Shown: positions 53,723-62,839 of the stretch, piece by piece
Layout: each line of letters begins with the position of its first letter
How positions within the stretch are numbered: position 1 is the first letter of the stretch
From: Candidatus Nitrosomaritimum khambatensis
Lineage (GTDB): Archaea > Thermoproteota > Nitrososphaeria > Nitrososphaerales > Nitrosopumilaceae
Length of the DNA stretch: 64,000 nucleotides
Reading direction: 5' to 3'
Assembly (NCBI GenBank): GCA_011773785.1
Contig: WVWY01000001.1
Location: 3,085 to 67,084, forward strand
Notes under the pieces: model-generated
What the model saw: the letters and a program-made list of their open reading frames with translations, nothing else
Told to the model about the DNA's origin: nothing
Database searches by the model: none
Program-made: the position numbers and the translations under genes

Positions 53723-54184
53723 TTGTTGTTGTGGAAATTAGATTTAGAAGACGAATATTTTAGAATCTATGATTCCAACAAACTAATTGCAGGGTATTTT
53801 GATCCTGATTATGGAGATATTTACCCAAAAGAAAATTCTGAAGAAATTATTTCACAAATGTTAAAGAATCATGACAAAATAATTGGGGGATTTGTTATGG
53901 TCCCTATGGTTAAATTTAGTCTGTTTGACCAAGATTTAGAAACCAATGTTGAAACAGTGGAAAGTCAGGTAATTTCTGTTCTTGATCGATTAAAAAAATG
54001 GAAAGCGTTTCTTTCCGAACGCAGTATAAAAATTCATTTTGTTAGAATTTCTCATACTGACCAAGACATGCTTACCATTACATTTCCATGTAAATTTTCA
54101 AAACCAACACCATTAGACAAAAACGAATTAATTGGCGAGATTGAACCTACTTTGGATTTGTTGCAGAAATCAGGTTTGTTATAA
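53723..54184 (+). CDS. Hypothetical protein
   Basis: A 153-aa ORF with a TTG start. Its 3' end overlaps the convergent gene by 38 nt. Confidence 0.4.
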   Translation: MLLWKLDLEDEYFRIYDSNKLIAGYFDPDYGDIYPKENSEEIISQMLKNHDKIIGGFVMVPMVKFSLFDQDLETNVETVESQVISVLDRLKKWKAFLSERSIKIHFVRISHTDQDMLTITFPCKFSKPTPLDKNELIGEIEPTLDLLQKSGLL

Positions 54185-54902
54185 TTCGTCCTGAATATCT
54201 TGAAATTCCAATGTATGCTGAAACTGAGCCTGCAAGCAAAGCAAGAGACCCAATTGGAAACTCTGGAACGGCAGCATATTCTTCAGATTCTGCAACTATA
54301 GTGTAATCTGCAATCTCCGAAATTTGGTTTTTGTCTGGCATTGCAACAACAAAATAGGTATCTTCTTCCGAACCTAGATAATCAGGTTCAGGATGAATCC
54401 TAGATACTGCAGCAACATTTCCTTCTCTATCATAAAGAGTTGCAATAACTGCAACAGTATTTGCTGTGATATCGCCATTGTTTTCAACAGTGCCTGAAAT
54501 TATCAAATTGTTGTGACTATCTCTTGTCAACTCTGACGAAGTAATATCAATGACTTGTCCCTTTGGCTCACTAATGGAGTACTCCAAGTCCAAAGAATAC
54601 GAATTAACACTTTGTGGATCTATGTCAGTAAAAATAAAATCAAAAGGACCTTTCATTTGAGGATTTATTGTATTTACAAGAGTCCCCGTTTCTTTAGTTA
54701 CAAGAACACTTTTGTTATTGTCATAAAGTGTAACAAAAACTGTAACCTGATTCAGGGGAGAATCAAGATTGTTTTGAACCTCTCCTACCACATGAAATGC
54801 GCCATCATCACCAACGTAAGATTTGTCTTTTTGTATTTCTACATCTGCAAATGCCATAGGTATTAGAGAAATCACAAAAATTACAAAAATATACCTAATC
54901 AC
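54147..54902 (-). CDS. Secreted protein with a PEF-CTERM-like sorting tail
   Basis: Signal 'IFVIFVISLIPMAFA'. The C-terminus 'AAVPEFPIGSLALLAGSVSAYIGISRYSGR' has PEF, then a TM helix, then basic residues. Confidence 0.6.
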   Translation of the reverse strand: MIRYIFVIFVISLIPMAFADVEIQKDKSYVGDDGAFHVVGEVQNNLDSPLNQVTVFVTLYDNNKSVLVTKETGTLVNTINPQMKGPFDFIFTDIDPQSVNSYSLDLEYSISEPKGQVIDITSSELTRDSHNNLIISGTVENNGDITANTVAVIATLYDREGNVAAVSRIHPEPDYLGSEEDTYFVVAMPDKNQISEIADYTIVAESEEYAAVPEFPIGSLALLAGSVSAYIGISRYSGRIITNLISATNPK

Positions 54903-55022
54903 AACTCTAAGAGTTTTTGATCTTTAAAGAAGTTTGTGGTATTTGAAATTAATTTTTGCTAACCAGGAAAAAATGGTAGAAAATCAGAACTTGATATTAA
55001 ATAGTACTCCTCAATTAAACTG

Positions 55023-55493
55023 ATGTACAAAAAAATTCTTGTTCCTCATGCAGGCACTTCTGCAGGCGATTTAGCACTTAAGCATGCAATTCATATTGCA
55101 AAATCATCAGAATCAGAAATAATTTTGCTTCATGTTTTAGAGGACTTTCCACATGTTCCAGTTCTTTCCCTTCATTCCTCACAGGCAGCCAAACTCAAAA
55201 GAGAATTTGCGCAAATAACAAAAGACATGAAACAAGTAATGGAAGATGAAATGTCAAAACGAGCACTAATGTGTCAAAAACATGGTATTAAATCCAGTTT
55301 AAAGGTTGTAACGGGACTCGCAGCAGAAGAAATTTTGAAAATCATAAAAAACCAAAAAATGGATTTGGTTGTAATGGCAAAAAGAAGAAAACTCAAGGGA
55401 ATCAAAAGTCTTTTGTCTTTAGGGAGTGTATCAAGAAAGATTGTTGAGAATACTTCATGTCCAGTTCTAATGATAGATGCAGAAAAAAAATGA
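55023..55493 (+). CDS. Universal stress protein (UspA family)
   Basis: 'KKILVPHAGTSAGDLALKHA', 'ILLHV', 'DLVVMAKRR' and 'LGSVSRKIVENTSCPVLMI'. Confidence 0.85.
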   Translation: MYKKILVPHAGTSAGDLALKHAIHIAKSSESEIILLHVLEDFPHVPVLSLHSSQAAKLKREFAQITKDMKQVMEDEMSKRALMCQKHGIKSSLKVVTGLAAEEILKIIKNQKMDLVVMAKRRKLKGIKSLLSLGSVSRKIVENTSCPVLMIDAEKK

Positions 55494-55634
55494 AAGTATT
55501 GTTGACAAACCTCCTATAAACCAAATTGCATACAACTTATTTTGATAAAGGAGATTAAGGTTTGAAATTTAATTTTATGATAATTGACGACATTCTTAAG
55601 TTAGTTAAAAACAAGAAATCTCTAGGTTATTGTA

Positions 55635-55853
55635 ATGGATGAGACTGATGATTTGGAGGCAAAAAAATGTCCTGCATGCAATAGATTGATGATTAAGCAA
55701 GAATTTGATCTTACTTGGTTTTGTGAAAATTGCGACCAACCTCATGGAAAAGAACGAGCATCTGTTGAGGAAATTAACTTTAGAAAATGTACGAAATGTG
55801 GAAAAGATAGCGGGATTTTTGACCTATGCATAGAATGTAGGCCTAAAGATTGA
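55635..55853 (+). CDS. Small double zinc-ribbon protein
   Basis: 'CPACN...CENCD...CTKCG...CIEC'. Confidence 0.5.
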   Translation: MDETDDLEAKKCPACNRLMIKQEFDLTWFCENCDQPHGKERASVEEINFRKCTKCGKDSGIFDLCIECRPKD

Positions 55854-55895
55854 CTTGATATTCTTCAAATAGGCCAAAATTTTGAGGTATGGGAA

Positions 55896-56261
55896 ATGAC
55901 TGCTTTTGATAAATGGCTTCAACTTTATGGAAAAGCTTGGAAGCAAAGAAATCCTGATTTGATAAAAGATCTTTTTGCACAGAATGCCACCTATGCTGAA
56001 AAACCATTTTCTCCACCATTCAAAGGAATTGAAGAAATTACAAAATATTGGAAAGGAGTTTCTAATACTCAAAATGATATTTCTTTTGAATATCAAATTA
56101 TTTCTGAAAGCACCAATACGTGTGTAGCACATTTTGAAGCATCTTTTGCAAGACAACCTGGAAATGTGCAAGTAAAACTTGATGGAATTTTTCTTATCAA
56201 ATTTAATTCTGAGAATAAATGCACTAGCTTTTCAGAATGGTGGCAGAGTCAAAAATCCTAA
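55896..56261 (+). CDS. NTF2/SnoaL-like fold protein
   Basis: 'FDKWLQLYGKAWKQRNPDLIKDLFAQNATYAEKPF....GIEEITKYW' is typical of SnoaL-like or DUF4440-type small proteins (recollection only). Confidence 0.55.
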   Translation: MTAFDKWLQLYGKAWKQRNPDLIKDLFAQNATYAEKPFSPPFKGIEEITKYWKGVSNTQNDISFEYQIISESTNTCVAHFEASFARQPGNVQVKLDGIFLIKFNSENKCTSFSEWWQSQKS

Positions 56262-56269
56262 AATCTTTT

Positions 56270-56779
56270 CTATGGAGGCAAGTCTTCTGGGTCTATCCCA
56301 GTTTTTGCAGAATAATATTCCACCAATCCTGTCATTTCATATTCTAGTGATTGTTGTATTTGAGAATCAGATCTTACCTTGTAAGATTCCTCTCCCGTTC
56401 TAACCCATTCAATGAATTGTTTATCTCCTTCCAGTTGACTTTCTGATGAAAGTTTTAACAAATCTACTGCAGACTGGAATGATTCAGGCGAATCTAATTT
56501 GTCATATCTTGTGATGATTATTTCAAATTCATCAACATGTTTTTCATAAAATTGGAATAATTCCTCTTTAGTTATTGATCCTTCTTCCCACTGAGTTTTT
56601 TTAGAATAAAATTGTGTTTGTAATTCTTTGACATCATTTTGAATTTTTTCTAATTCCACACCAAAGACAAAACCCTTTTGCCTGGTTTGCTCGGTCGAAT
56701 AATTATAAACTATAATGCCGATGATTATTGCTGCAGCAATTGCTACCATGACCAAATTTTGCTTTTTTTTCTTTTTCAA
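56270..56779 (-). CDS. Membrane-anchored hypothetical protein
   Basis: 'KKKKQNLVMVAIAAAIIIGIIVY' anchor followed by a helical ectodomain. Confidence 0.5.
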   Translation of the reverse strand: MKKKKKQNLVMVAIAAAIIIGIIVYNYSTEQTRQKGFVFGVELEKIQNDVKELQTQFYSKKTQWEEGSITKEELFQFYEKHVDEFEIIITRYDKLDSPESFQSAVDLLKLSSESQLEGDKQFIEWVRTGEESYKVRSDSQIQQSLEYEMTGLVEYYSAKTGIDPEDLPP

Positions 56780-56781
56780 AC

Positions 56782-57069
56782 CTAATCGACGTAATTTCCA
56801 TTCTCATCTAGCTTAAGTTCAATAGTCAAAAGGGTTCCGCTGATAAAAGAATCATTTCTAATAGTTCTTACTTTTGCCACATCCAAATGATATGGCCAAA
56901 TTTCAACAACAATTGCCCCTACTTTGACATTTTCTGGAGCATCAGTAAGAACAATATCTTCTCGTTTAATTCCATATCTTTCTAAGGTATGAAGAGAGTG
57001 TTCAACTAGAGGTTCTGGATTATTATGATTAATTGCCCAAACTGTTCCTTCGTAATCAATCTTCTCCAT
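56782..57069 (-). CDS. Small hypothetical protein
   Basis: A 95-aa ORF that ends 2 nt upstream of the start of the next gene on the same strand. Confidence 0.45.
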   Translation of the reverse strand: MEKIDYEGTVWAINHNNPEPLVEHSLHTLERYGIKREDIVLTDAPENVKVGAIVVEIWPYHLDVAKVRTIRNDSFISGTLLTIELKLDENGNYVD

Positions 57070-57102
57070 TTTGAATTATACACAAAATGACTACTATAAC
57101 AA

Positions 57103-57336
57103 TTATTCGGGGTTAATGACATTCAAAGTCATTGTACTTACAACTCGTGATAATTTTCTAATTGCTGATACTGTTTTTTCAAATTCATCTTGATTGTCAG
57201 TCTGTATTTCGGCAATAATGTCATATGCACCAAAAGTCAAGTATGCGTTACTGACACTAGACATTTGTTTTAATTCATCTACGACATACTCTTCTGCCCC
57301 AAGGTCACAATTTAATAAAATAAAGCCTACGTGCAT
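57103..57336 (-). CDS. Stand-alone Lrp/AsnC ligand-binding (RAM) domain protein
   Basis: 'HVGFILLNCDLGAEEYVVDELKQMSSVSNAYLTFGAYDIIAEIQTDNQDEFEKTV'. Confidence 0.7.
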   Translation of the reverse strand: MHVGFILLNCDLGAEEYVVDELKQMSSVSNAYLTFGAYDIIAEIQTDNQDEFEKTVSAIRKLSRVVSTMTLNVINPE

Positions 57337-57384
57337 TTTGTTTTTCTTAACTTGATTATGATTTAGAAGCCTTTAAGTTTTGCA

Positions 57385-58698
57385 TTACCATCTACTACGG
57401 CCACCATATGGGTTTCTTCTTCCTCGGTCACCAAATTTTTTACGGTCTCGACCTCTATCATCTGATCTTCTTCTGTCTTGTTTACCATACCCTCCATAAC
57501 GTGAGCCTCTTGAATAGCTTGAGCGCTCTTGTCCACCATATCGTCTAGATGGAATCTGTCTTTTTAGAGGATCAGGTATTGCAATTTCAATTCCCATCTC
57601 TTTGTTCAGGTCTTTAATTTCAGTTTTGATTTGACGCTTGATTAGATTCCAATCTCCTACTGAAGAATATGATACAAAAGTAATTGCTCTACCTTTTGCA
57701 CCTGCTCGTGCAGTTCTACCTATTCTGTGAAAGTATACCATATCTTGATTTGGAACATCATAATTTATCACAAGCTCTACCCTTGGAACGTCAATTCCTC
57801 TTGAAGCTACATCTGTTGCAACTAGGATGTCTGCTTTTCCTGATCTGAATTTTGCCATTGCTTGCTCACGTCTATGCTGAGACATGTCTCCCTCTATTGC
57901 TACTGCATCAAATTTTTCTTGGTGTAAGAATTTTGCAACATCTCGAGTTCTATATTTGGTTGAGCAAAATACTATGACTTGTCCTTTTACCTTTTTTATA
58001 AAATCAATGAGAAAATCAAATTTGTCCCGGTCTTTAATTACCAAATAAGCTTGGTCAATTCCCTCTCCACTCAGATCATCTGCATCTAAGAGGAATTGCT
58101 TGGGGTTTTTGAGGTATTCTTCAGATAGTCTAAGAATCTCAGTTGGCATTGTTGCTGAAAATAGTGACATTGTTCTTTCTTCTGGTGTCAAATCTAAAAT
58201 AAACTGGATATCATCAATAAATCCCATATCCAACATGGTATCTGCTTCATCTAACACGACATGTTCTATGTCTTTGAGTTCAATTGAACCGCGTTTGAGA
58301 TGATCAATTAGTCTTCCTGGAGTTGCAACAACAATCTCTACTCCTTTATCCAGAGCATCAAGCTGAATTCCCATTCCTTGGCCACCATAAATAGTCGCAA
58401 CTTTAATTCCGGTATATTTTCCAAATTTTGTAATTTCGCCAGATATTTGCATGGCAAGCTCCCGAGTTGGTGCAAGAACCATTCCTTGAATTCCTCTCTT
58501 TGGTGTGATGTTTTGAAGCATTGATAATGAAAATGCTGCAGTTTTTCCAGAGCCTGTATGGGCTTGTCCAATCACATCTCTTGCTGACAGCAAAACTGGC
58601 ACACAAGCTTCTTGAATTGGGAAGGCTTCTTCAAATCCCAATTCGTCAAGAGCTTTTAGAATCTCTTCTTTTATTCCTAATTCATCAAACTTTGTCAT
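57385..58698 (-). CDS. DEAD-box ATP-dependent RNA helicase with an RG-rich C-terminal tail
   Basis: Q-motif 'FDELGI...GFEEAFPIQ', 'AHTGSGKT', 'PTRELA', 'VLDEADTMLD' (DEAD), 'SAT' and 'HRIGRTARAG'. The tail is 'RGSRYGGYGKQDRRRSDDRGRDRKKFGDRGRRNPYGGRSRW'. Confidence 0.9.
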   Translation of the reverse strand: MTKFDELGIKEEILKALDELGFEEAFPIQEACVPVLLSARDVIGQAHTGSGKTAAFSLSMLQNITPKRGIQGMVLAPTRELAMQISGEITKFGKYTGIKVATIYGGQGMGIQLDALDKGVEIVVATPGRLIDHLKRGSIELKDIEHVVLDEADTMLDMGFIDDIQFILDLTPEERTMSLFSATMPTEILRLSEEYLKNPKQFLLDADDLSGEGIDQAYLVIKDRDKFDFLIDFIKKVKGQVIVFCSTKYRTRDVAKFLHQEKFDAVAIEGDMSQHRREQAMAKFRSGKADILVATDVASRGIDVPRVELVINYDVPNQDMVYFHRIGRTARAGAKGRAITFVSYSSVGDWNLIKRQIKTEIKDLNKEMGIEIAIPDPLKRQIPSRRYGGQERSSYSRGSRYGGYGKQDRRRSDDRGRDRKKFGDRGRRNPYGGRSRW

Positions 58699-58802
58699 TA
58701 TTTTTCTTCTCTTCAGCAATGACGAAAAAGCTCATTGCCTACTCGTCATCATTTTCGATATTTATCAAAGAGCATTTTAGGTCTAATAAACGCTTGTTAA
58801 AT

Positions 58803-59735
58803 TCATGCTTCTAATTGAGCATCTATAATTCGTTTAAATGACTCAAATGGTTGAGCGCCATTTAGTTTTACAAAGCCAATCTCGTCATTTCCAATAAAAA
58901 AGCCTGGTGTACCAGTAATCTCATAACTTTGCCCATCTCTGAAATCATTTTGCACTTCGTCCAAGTATTTTCCTGAAGCTAAACAAGAATTGAATTGCTC
59001 CATCTCTAACTCTATGTCTTGTGCATATTGAGTAAATGTTGCAATAGCAGTATTACTGTCAAGTCTTGCCCAAGAACTTTGTTTTTCAAATAATGTATCG
59101 TGATACTCCCAGTATTTTCCTTGTTCGTCTGCACATTCAGCAGCTACTGCTGCTGGTAATGCATTTGGGTGAATGCGCTGAATTGGATAGTCCCTATAAA
59201 CAAAATTTACTTTTCCTGTGTTTATGTACTCCTCCATAAGAGATGGTAATGTTTGCATATGGAATCTTGCACAAAATGGACATTGATAGTCTGAAAATTC
59301 AATAATTGTAATTGGTGCATTAGGGTCTCCTCGTACTGGATCATCATCTGCAGAAATTCTTAATGGTTGAGGAGGCGCAGCAGAAGGCTGAACTTGAACT
59401 CTCTCTAATTTTGCCTCTAGTCTAGATATTGCGTCTTCTAATTCTGATTGAGTTACTGTATCTGAATCTAAATTGGAAAAATACGAACCTGCAAAAAATG
59501 CTGCTACTGCAACAACTGCGACAAGAGCAACAATCAAACCTGTTGGAGTAGATTTTTTTTGTGATATTTCTGAAACAGGTTCTCTATTTGGCGGAGGAGT
59601 GGTGTTTTCTATTTTTGGTTGCTCTGAAATATCTGAAGATTCATCCTCTGTGGAAATATCTGAATTATTAGAAATTCCTTCCTCATTATTTGTCTCTAAA
59701 TTAATCTCATCATCTCGTTTTTCTTCTGAACTCAT
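58803..59735 (-). CDS. Membrane-anchored DsbA-like thiol:disulfide oxidoreductase
   Basis: Acidic N-terminal region, TM 'LIVALVAVVAVAAFFAGSYF', 'EFSDYQCPFCARFH' (CPFC), and 'GTPGFFIG'. Confidence 0.8.
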   Translation of the reverse strand: MSSEEKRDDEINLETNNEEGISNNSDISTEDESSDISEQPKIENTTPPPNREPVSEISQKKSTPTGLIVALVAVVAVAAFFAGSYFSNLDSDTVTQSELEDAISRLEAKLERVQVQPSAAPPQPLRISADDDPVRGDPNAPITIIEFSDYQCPFCARFHMQTLPSLMEEYINTGKVNFVYRDYPIQRIHPNALPAAVAAECADEQGKYWEYHDTLFEKQSSWARLDSNTAIATFTQYAQDIELEMEQFNSCLASGKYLDEVQNDFRDGQSYEITGTPGFFIGNDEIGFVKLNGAQPFESFKRIIDAQLEA

Positions 59736-59831
59736 GCATTGTTAGAGGTTTTTCGTGTATACTTATTTCTATTGCCAAGTTCTACATCAGTATGATTGGC
59801 GCCTAAAATGTATCAGAGGTTTGTTACATTT

Positions 59832-59866
59832 ATGCTCAACACAATCAATCATTGAGCATTTTTTTA
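59832..59866 (+). terminator. Hairpin plus T7 run (intrinsic-terminator-like) in the intergenic region upstream of the pilin gene
   Basis: 'atgctcaa' (59832-39) pairs with 'ttgagcat' (59852-59), and a ttttttt run follows. No annotated plus-strand gene lies upstream. Confidence 0.25.
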
Positions 59867-59933
59867 TTTTGAAAAGTTGTTCAATCTGAACAGAATTTGA
59901 CTGAAGTAACATTCGTCAATAACAAACAGTACA

Positions 59934-60581
59934 ATGAGCTCCTTTTTTTCTTTTAAAAAAATAAAATCAAAAAAAGCCGTTTCTCCAGTTATTGCAACAC
60001 TATTACTTGTGGCAGTTGCAGTGGTGGGTAGCGCCATTAATTTTGGTTTTTCTCAACAATACTTCAACTCAGCTCAAGCAAGTGGTCTGTATGGAATAGA
60101 ATCAATTGTGTTTCTTGGTTATGATGCTACTGACACGGATCATTTGACATATCATGACGGGATAATCTCTAATCCGGTAGCTAATTGGCATGGAAATCAA
60201 ATTTCAGATGGAATAAACCGCGGAGAACGAATTGCAATATACGTTCAAAATAATAGTGTTGAACAAGTTACATTGGCCCAAATTAGATTAGCAGGAAACA
60301 TTTACTCTTACCAAAGTTTAGATTCTGATAATAAAATGACTCCATACACATCAAGTGTTTTACTTGAAGGCGGATATACCATTGTAAAAAATGGAAACCC
60401 TGGTGCTCCTGCTGACGTAATAGCTAGTGCCTCTCCTACGCTTCAGCCAGGACAACTGGCAACTATTGTAGTGGAATTGGATGAGAATTATCAACTCGGT
60501 AGAGACATGCAATTTAAGATAATTACTGGCAAAAACAATGCATTTGTTTATACTGTAGCATCAGGTCAGAACACAAATTAG
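59934..60581 (+). CDS. Archaeal type IV pilin-like protein (class III signal peptide, DUF1628-type N-terminus)
   Basis: 'KKIKSKKAVSPVIATLLLVAVAVVGSAI' has a basic leader, the A/G-hydrophobic prepilin-peptidase site pattern, and a hydrophobic helix. Confidence 0.65.
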   Translation: MSSFFSFKKIKSKKAVSPVIATLLLVAVAVVGSAINFGFSQQYFNSAQASGLYGIESIVFLGYDATDTDHLTYHDGIISNPVANWHGNQISDGINRGERIAIYVQNNSVEQVTLAQIRLAGNIYSYQSLDSDNKMTPYTSSVLLEGGYTIVKNGNPGAPADVIASASPTLQPGQLATIVVELDENYQLGRDMQFKIITGKNNAFVYTVASGQNTN

Positions 60582-60589
60582 AAAATCAA

Positions 60590-60664
60590 AGCCAATGATG
60601 GGATCTGAACCCATGACCTTTCGCTTACAAGGCGAATGCTCTAGCCAGGCTGAGCTACATTGGC
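60590..60664 (-). tRNA. tRNA-Thr (anticodon UGU), with no intron and no encoded CCA
   Basis: Manual cloverleaf: acceptor GCCAAUG/CAUUGGC, D stem GCUC/GAGC, anticodon stem UUCGC/GCGAA with loop CUUGUAA, T stem AUGGG/CCCAU with loop UUCAGAU, discriminator U. Confidence 0.9.
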
Positions 60665-60690
60665 ACGATGTAAAATGAAAGGTTGGATGT

Positions 60691-60696
60691 TTTAAA
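60691..60696 (-). promoter_or_regulatory. TATA-like box for tRNA-Thr
   Basis: 'tttaaa' is centred about 29 nt upstream of the tRNA 5' end at 60664. Confidence 0.35.
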
Positions 60697-60787
60697 GTGT
60701 TACCAGAAGTATGTTTTCTGGCCAATCCAAGTCCCAAATTTTACTAACATTCAATTTATAATGTTGCCCAATGCTGAAAATTTGTAA

Positions 60788-61024
60788 ATGAAGTACATTC
60801 AGCCTCTCAAGCTCAAAGTCTTAATGATGATGTTTTTTGGGACTGGGATTCTTGGTATTGTTATTGGATTAACCATTGCCCCAAACTTTTCCTCTGATAC
60901 TTCTATTCTTATCACGTTTATGGGCGTCATCAATTTATCTTTGGGTGGTTTTTTTGGCTGGATATTTCTAACTCAGCCCTCAAAAGAGCCCGACAAAAGA
61001 AAAAGAAAACCAAAAGGAAAATAG
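60788..61024 (+). CDS. Small two-TM membrane protein with a polybasic tail
   Basis: 'MMMFFGTGILGIVIGLTIA' and 'FMGVINLSLGGFFGWIFL', ending in 'KEPDKRKRKPKGK'. Confidence 0.45.
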   Translation: MKYIQPLKLKVLMMMFFGTGILGIVIGLTIAPNFSSDTSILITFMGVINLSLGGFFGWIFLTQPSKEPDKRKRKPKGK

Positions 61025-61135
61025 ATTTTCTTGTTTTGAAATTTGAATCAACTTTATAATCATTATTTCAAAAATATTTGAAAATCAAAACCTCATACAA
61101 AGTATAAATAATTAAGATATTTCACCAATGAAAGA

Positions 61136-61687
61136 TTGCTTGACCTTGTTGCCAAAAAATTATTTCTTACAAAGGGTGTAGGGGTTCATGAAGATCGTCT
61201 TACAAGTTTTGAGTTTGCGTTAAGAAATGCAGGAATTGCTGGAACCAACCTTGTATTGATTTCAAGTATATTTCCTCCACATGCAAAATTAATTTCCAGA
61301 AACGAAGGTCTAAAACAAATCAAACCTGGGCAAATACTATTTACCATTTATTCTAAAAACCAGACAAATGAGCCTCATCGTCTTTGTTCTGCATCTGTTG
61401 GAATTGCCAGACCTAAAGACCCTAACCGATATGGCTATCTCTCTGAATACGAATCTTATGGGCAAAACCAAACTCAGGCAGGCGATTATGCTGAGGATAT
61501 AGCAGCGCAGATGCTAGCATCCTCTTTGGGGATTCCTTTTGATATTGATAAGAGCTGGGATGAAAAACGTCAACAATGGACCATTTCAGGACAAATTTAC
61601 AGAACACAAAACATCACTCAAAGTGCCAAAGGTGACAAAGATGGAAAATGGACTACAGTCTTTGCAGCAGCAGTTTTGTTGATTTAG
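61136..61687 (+). CDS. pdaD: Pyruvoyl-dependent arginine decarboxylase
   Basis: 'KKLFLTKGVGVHEDRLTSFEFALRNAGIAGTNLVLISSIFPP' includes the Ser-Ser self-cleavage site context. Confidence 0.85.
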   Translation: MLDLVAKKLFLTKGVGVHEDRLTSFEFALRNAGIAGTNLVLISSIFPPHAKLISRNEGLKQIKPGQILFTIYSKNQTNEPHRLCSASVGIARPKDPNRYGYLSEYESYGQNQTQAGDYAEDIAAQMLASSLGIPFDIDKSWDEKRQQWTISGQIYRTQNITQSAKGDKDGKWTTVFAAAVLLI

Positions 61688-62839
61688 TTATTTTCTGTAT
61701 CCTTTGAGGAAAAATATCGCAGCAGCTATTCCACCAATTATTATGATTATCAAAATTATGATTGACTCATCAAATGAGGTCTCCGTAACTGTTGGTTCTT
61801 TTTCTTCACCTATTGAGAACTGCAACATGTTTGCTTTAACAGAAGATTGTTCTCCGAAAAGATATTTCCCCTGAATTCTTTCCCCTTGTTCAGGATCAAA
61901 AACCCATCCTTGTTTTGTAAGTTCTGTTGGTATTTTTTCACCGTCTACTATCTGTGTTGGAATAAAACTACCTTTGACATTTGAAACACTGGTTGACTCG
62001 GGAGATAATATTAGGATTTGAAAGATTGAATTAAGTGGATAAAATCCACCAGAAAAGTATTGGGATCTTTTGAGTTCATCTGTGTGTAGAAATTCTAAGG
62101 GACTAAGTTCTGAAATATTTAAAGTAGAATTAGGATAATTTGCAGATACTTTCAACTGCATCAAGGAACTGTTTTCCATTGGGATGATTGAAAAGGTTAC
62201 TTTGGAATTTTCTTCAAATGACAAATTTTTTGCAGTCTCATAAAATCCTCCCGCCTCTCTGATTTCTTTTGGAATCAACAAACCAGAAATTTTTTCATAC
62301 ATTGAGCCAGAATCCTCCATTGGCATAGTGTATACCGAAGAAATCACTCCTCTACCAGAAACCATCCCGGAAGTCTCTAACCCTCTGTTGAATTGGTCAT
62401 CTGTATGAATATACACCGAATGAAACTTTGCATCAGTATCAAATGCTTCATTAATGTCATGAATGTATGATTCTCCAATCTCTTTTGTAGAGTCTTGAAT
62501 GGCAATCACTCCTTTGTCCTCTGGATTTCTAAGAACATTTATCATAATGCAAGATTCATTGACTACTCCTAGAATGCATTCCTCTTGATTTGTCAGTATT
62601 ACCGAAGTAATACGAGAATCTTCTCTTATCATTTTTTCAAGTTCTGAGGGAATTTTTATTTCCTGAATGCTTGTAGTCTGCAAGGTAATTGATGCTGTAA
62701 TTTCTTGTAAAATACTTCTATCTACCAAAACTTGAGCAGTTTCTTGAAAAGTCGCCAGCCCTATTTCTTGCGAGTATGCAAAATTAGCAGAAAATGAAAA
62801 AATTCCAATCAAGACAAAAAATACAACTATTTTATTCAT
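61688..62839 (-). CDS. Secreted protein with a C-terminal TM anchor
   Basis: Signal 'IVVFFVLIGIFSFSANFAYS' and C-terminal 'IIILIIIIIGGIAAAIFFLKGYRK'. Confidence 0.55.
   Translation of the reverse strand: MNKIVVFFVLIGIFSFSANFAYSQEIGLATFQETAQVLVDRSILQEITASITLQTTSIQEIKIPSELEKMIREDSRITSVILTNQEECILGVVNESCIMINVLRNPEDKGVIAIQDSTKEIGESYIHDINEAFDTDAKFHSVYIHTDDQFNRGLETSGMVSGRGVISSVYTMPMEDSGSMYEKISGLLIPKEIREAGGFYETAKNLSFEENSKVTFSIIPMENSSLMQLKVSANYPNSTLNISELSPLEFLHTDELKRSQYFSGGFYPLNSIFQILILSPESTSVSNVKGSFIPTQIVDGEKIPTELTKQGWVFDPEQGERIQGKYLFGEQSSVKANMLQFSIGEEKEPTVTETSFDESIIILIIIIIGGIAAAIFFLKGYRK

Noticed and set aside
58712-58760. Minus-strand AUGAUGA ... CUGA pair between the DsbA-like and helicase genes, as a possible C/D box sRNA
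   Set aside because: Only about 40 nt separate the start of the C box from the end of the D box, which is too short for two guides. There are no D'/C' boxes, and the CUGA overlaps the possible TTG start context of the helicase.
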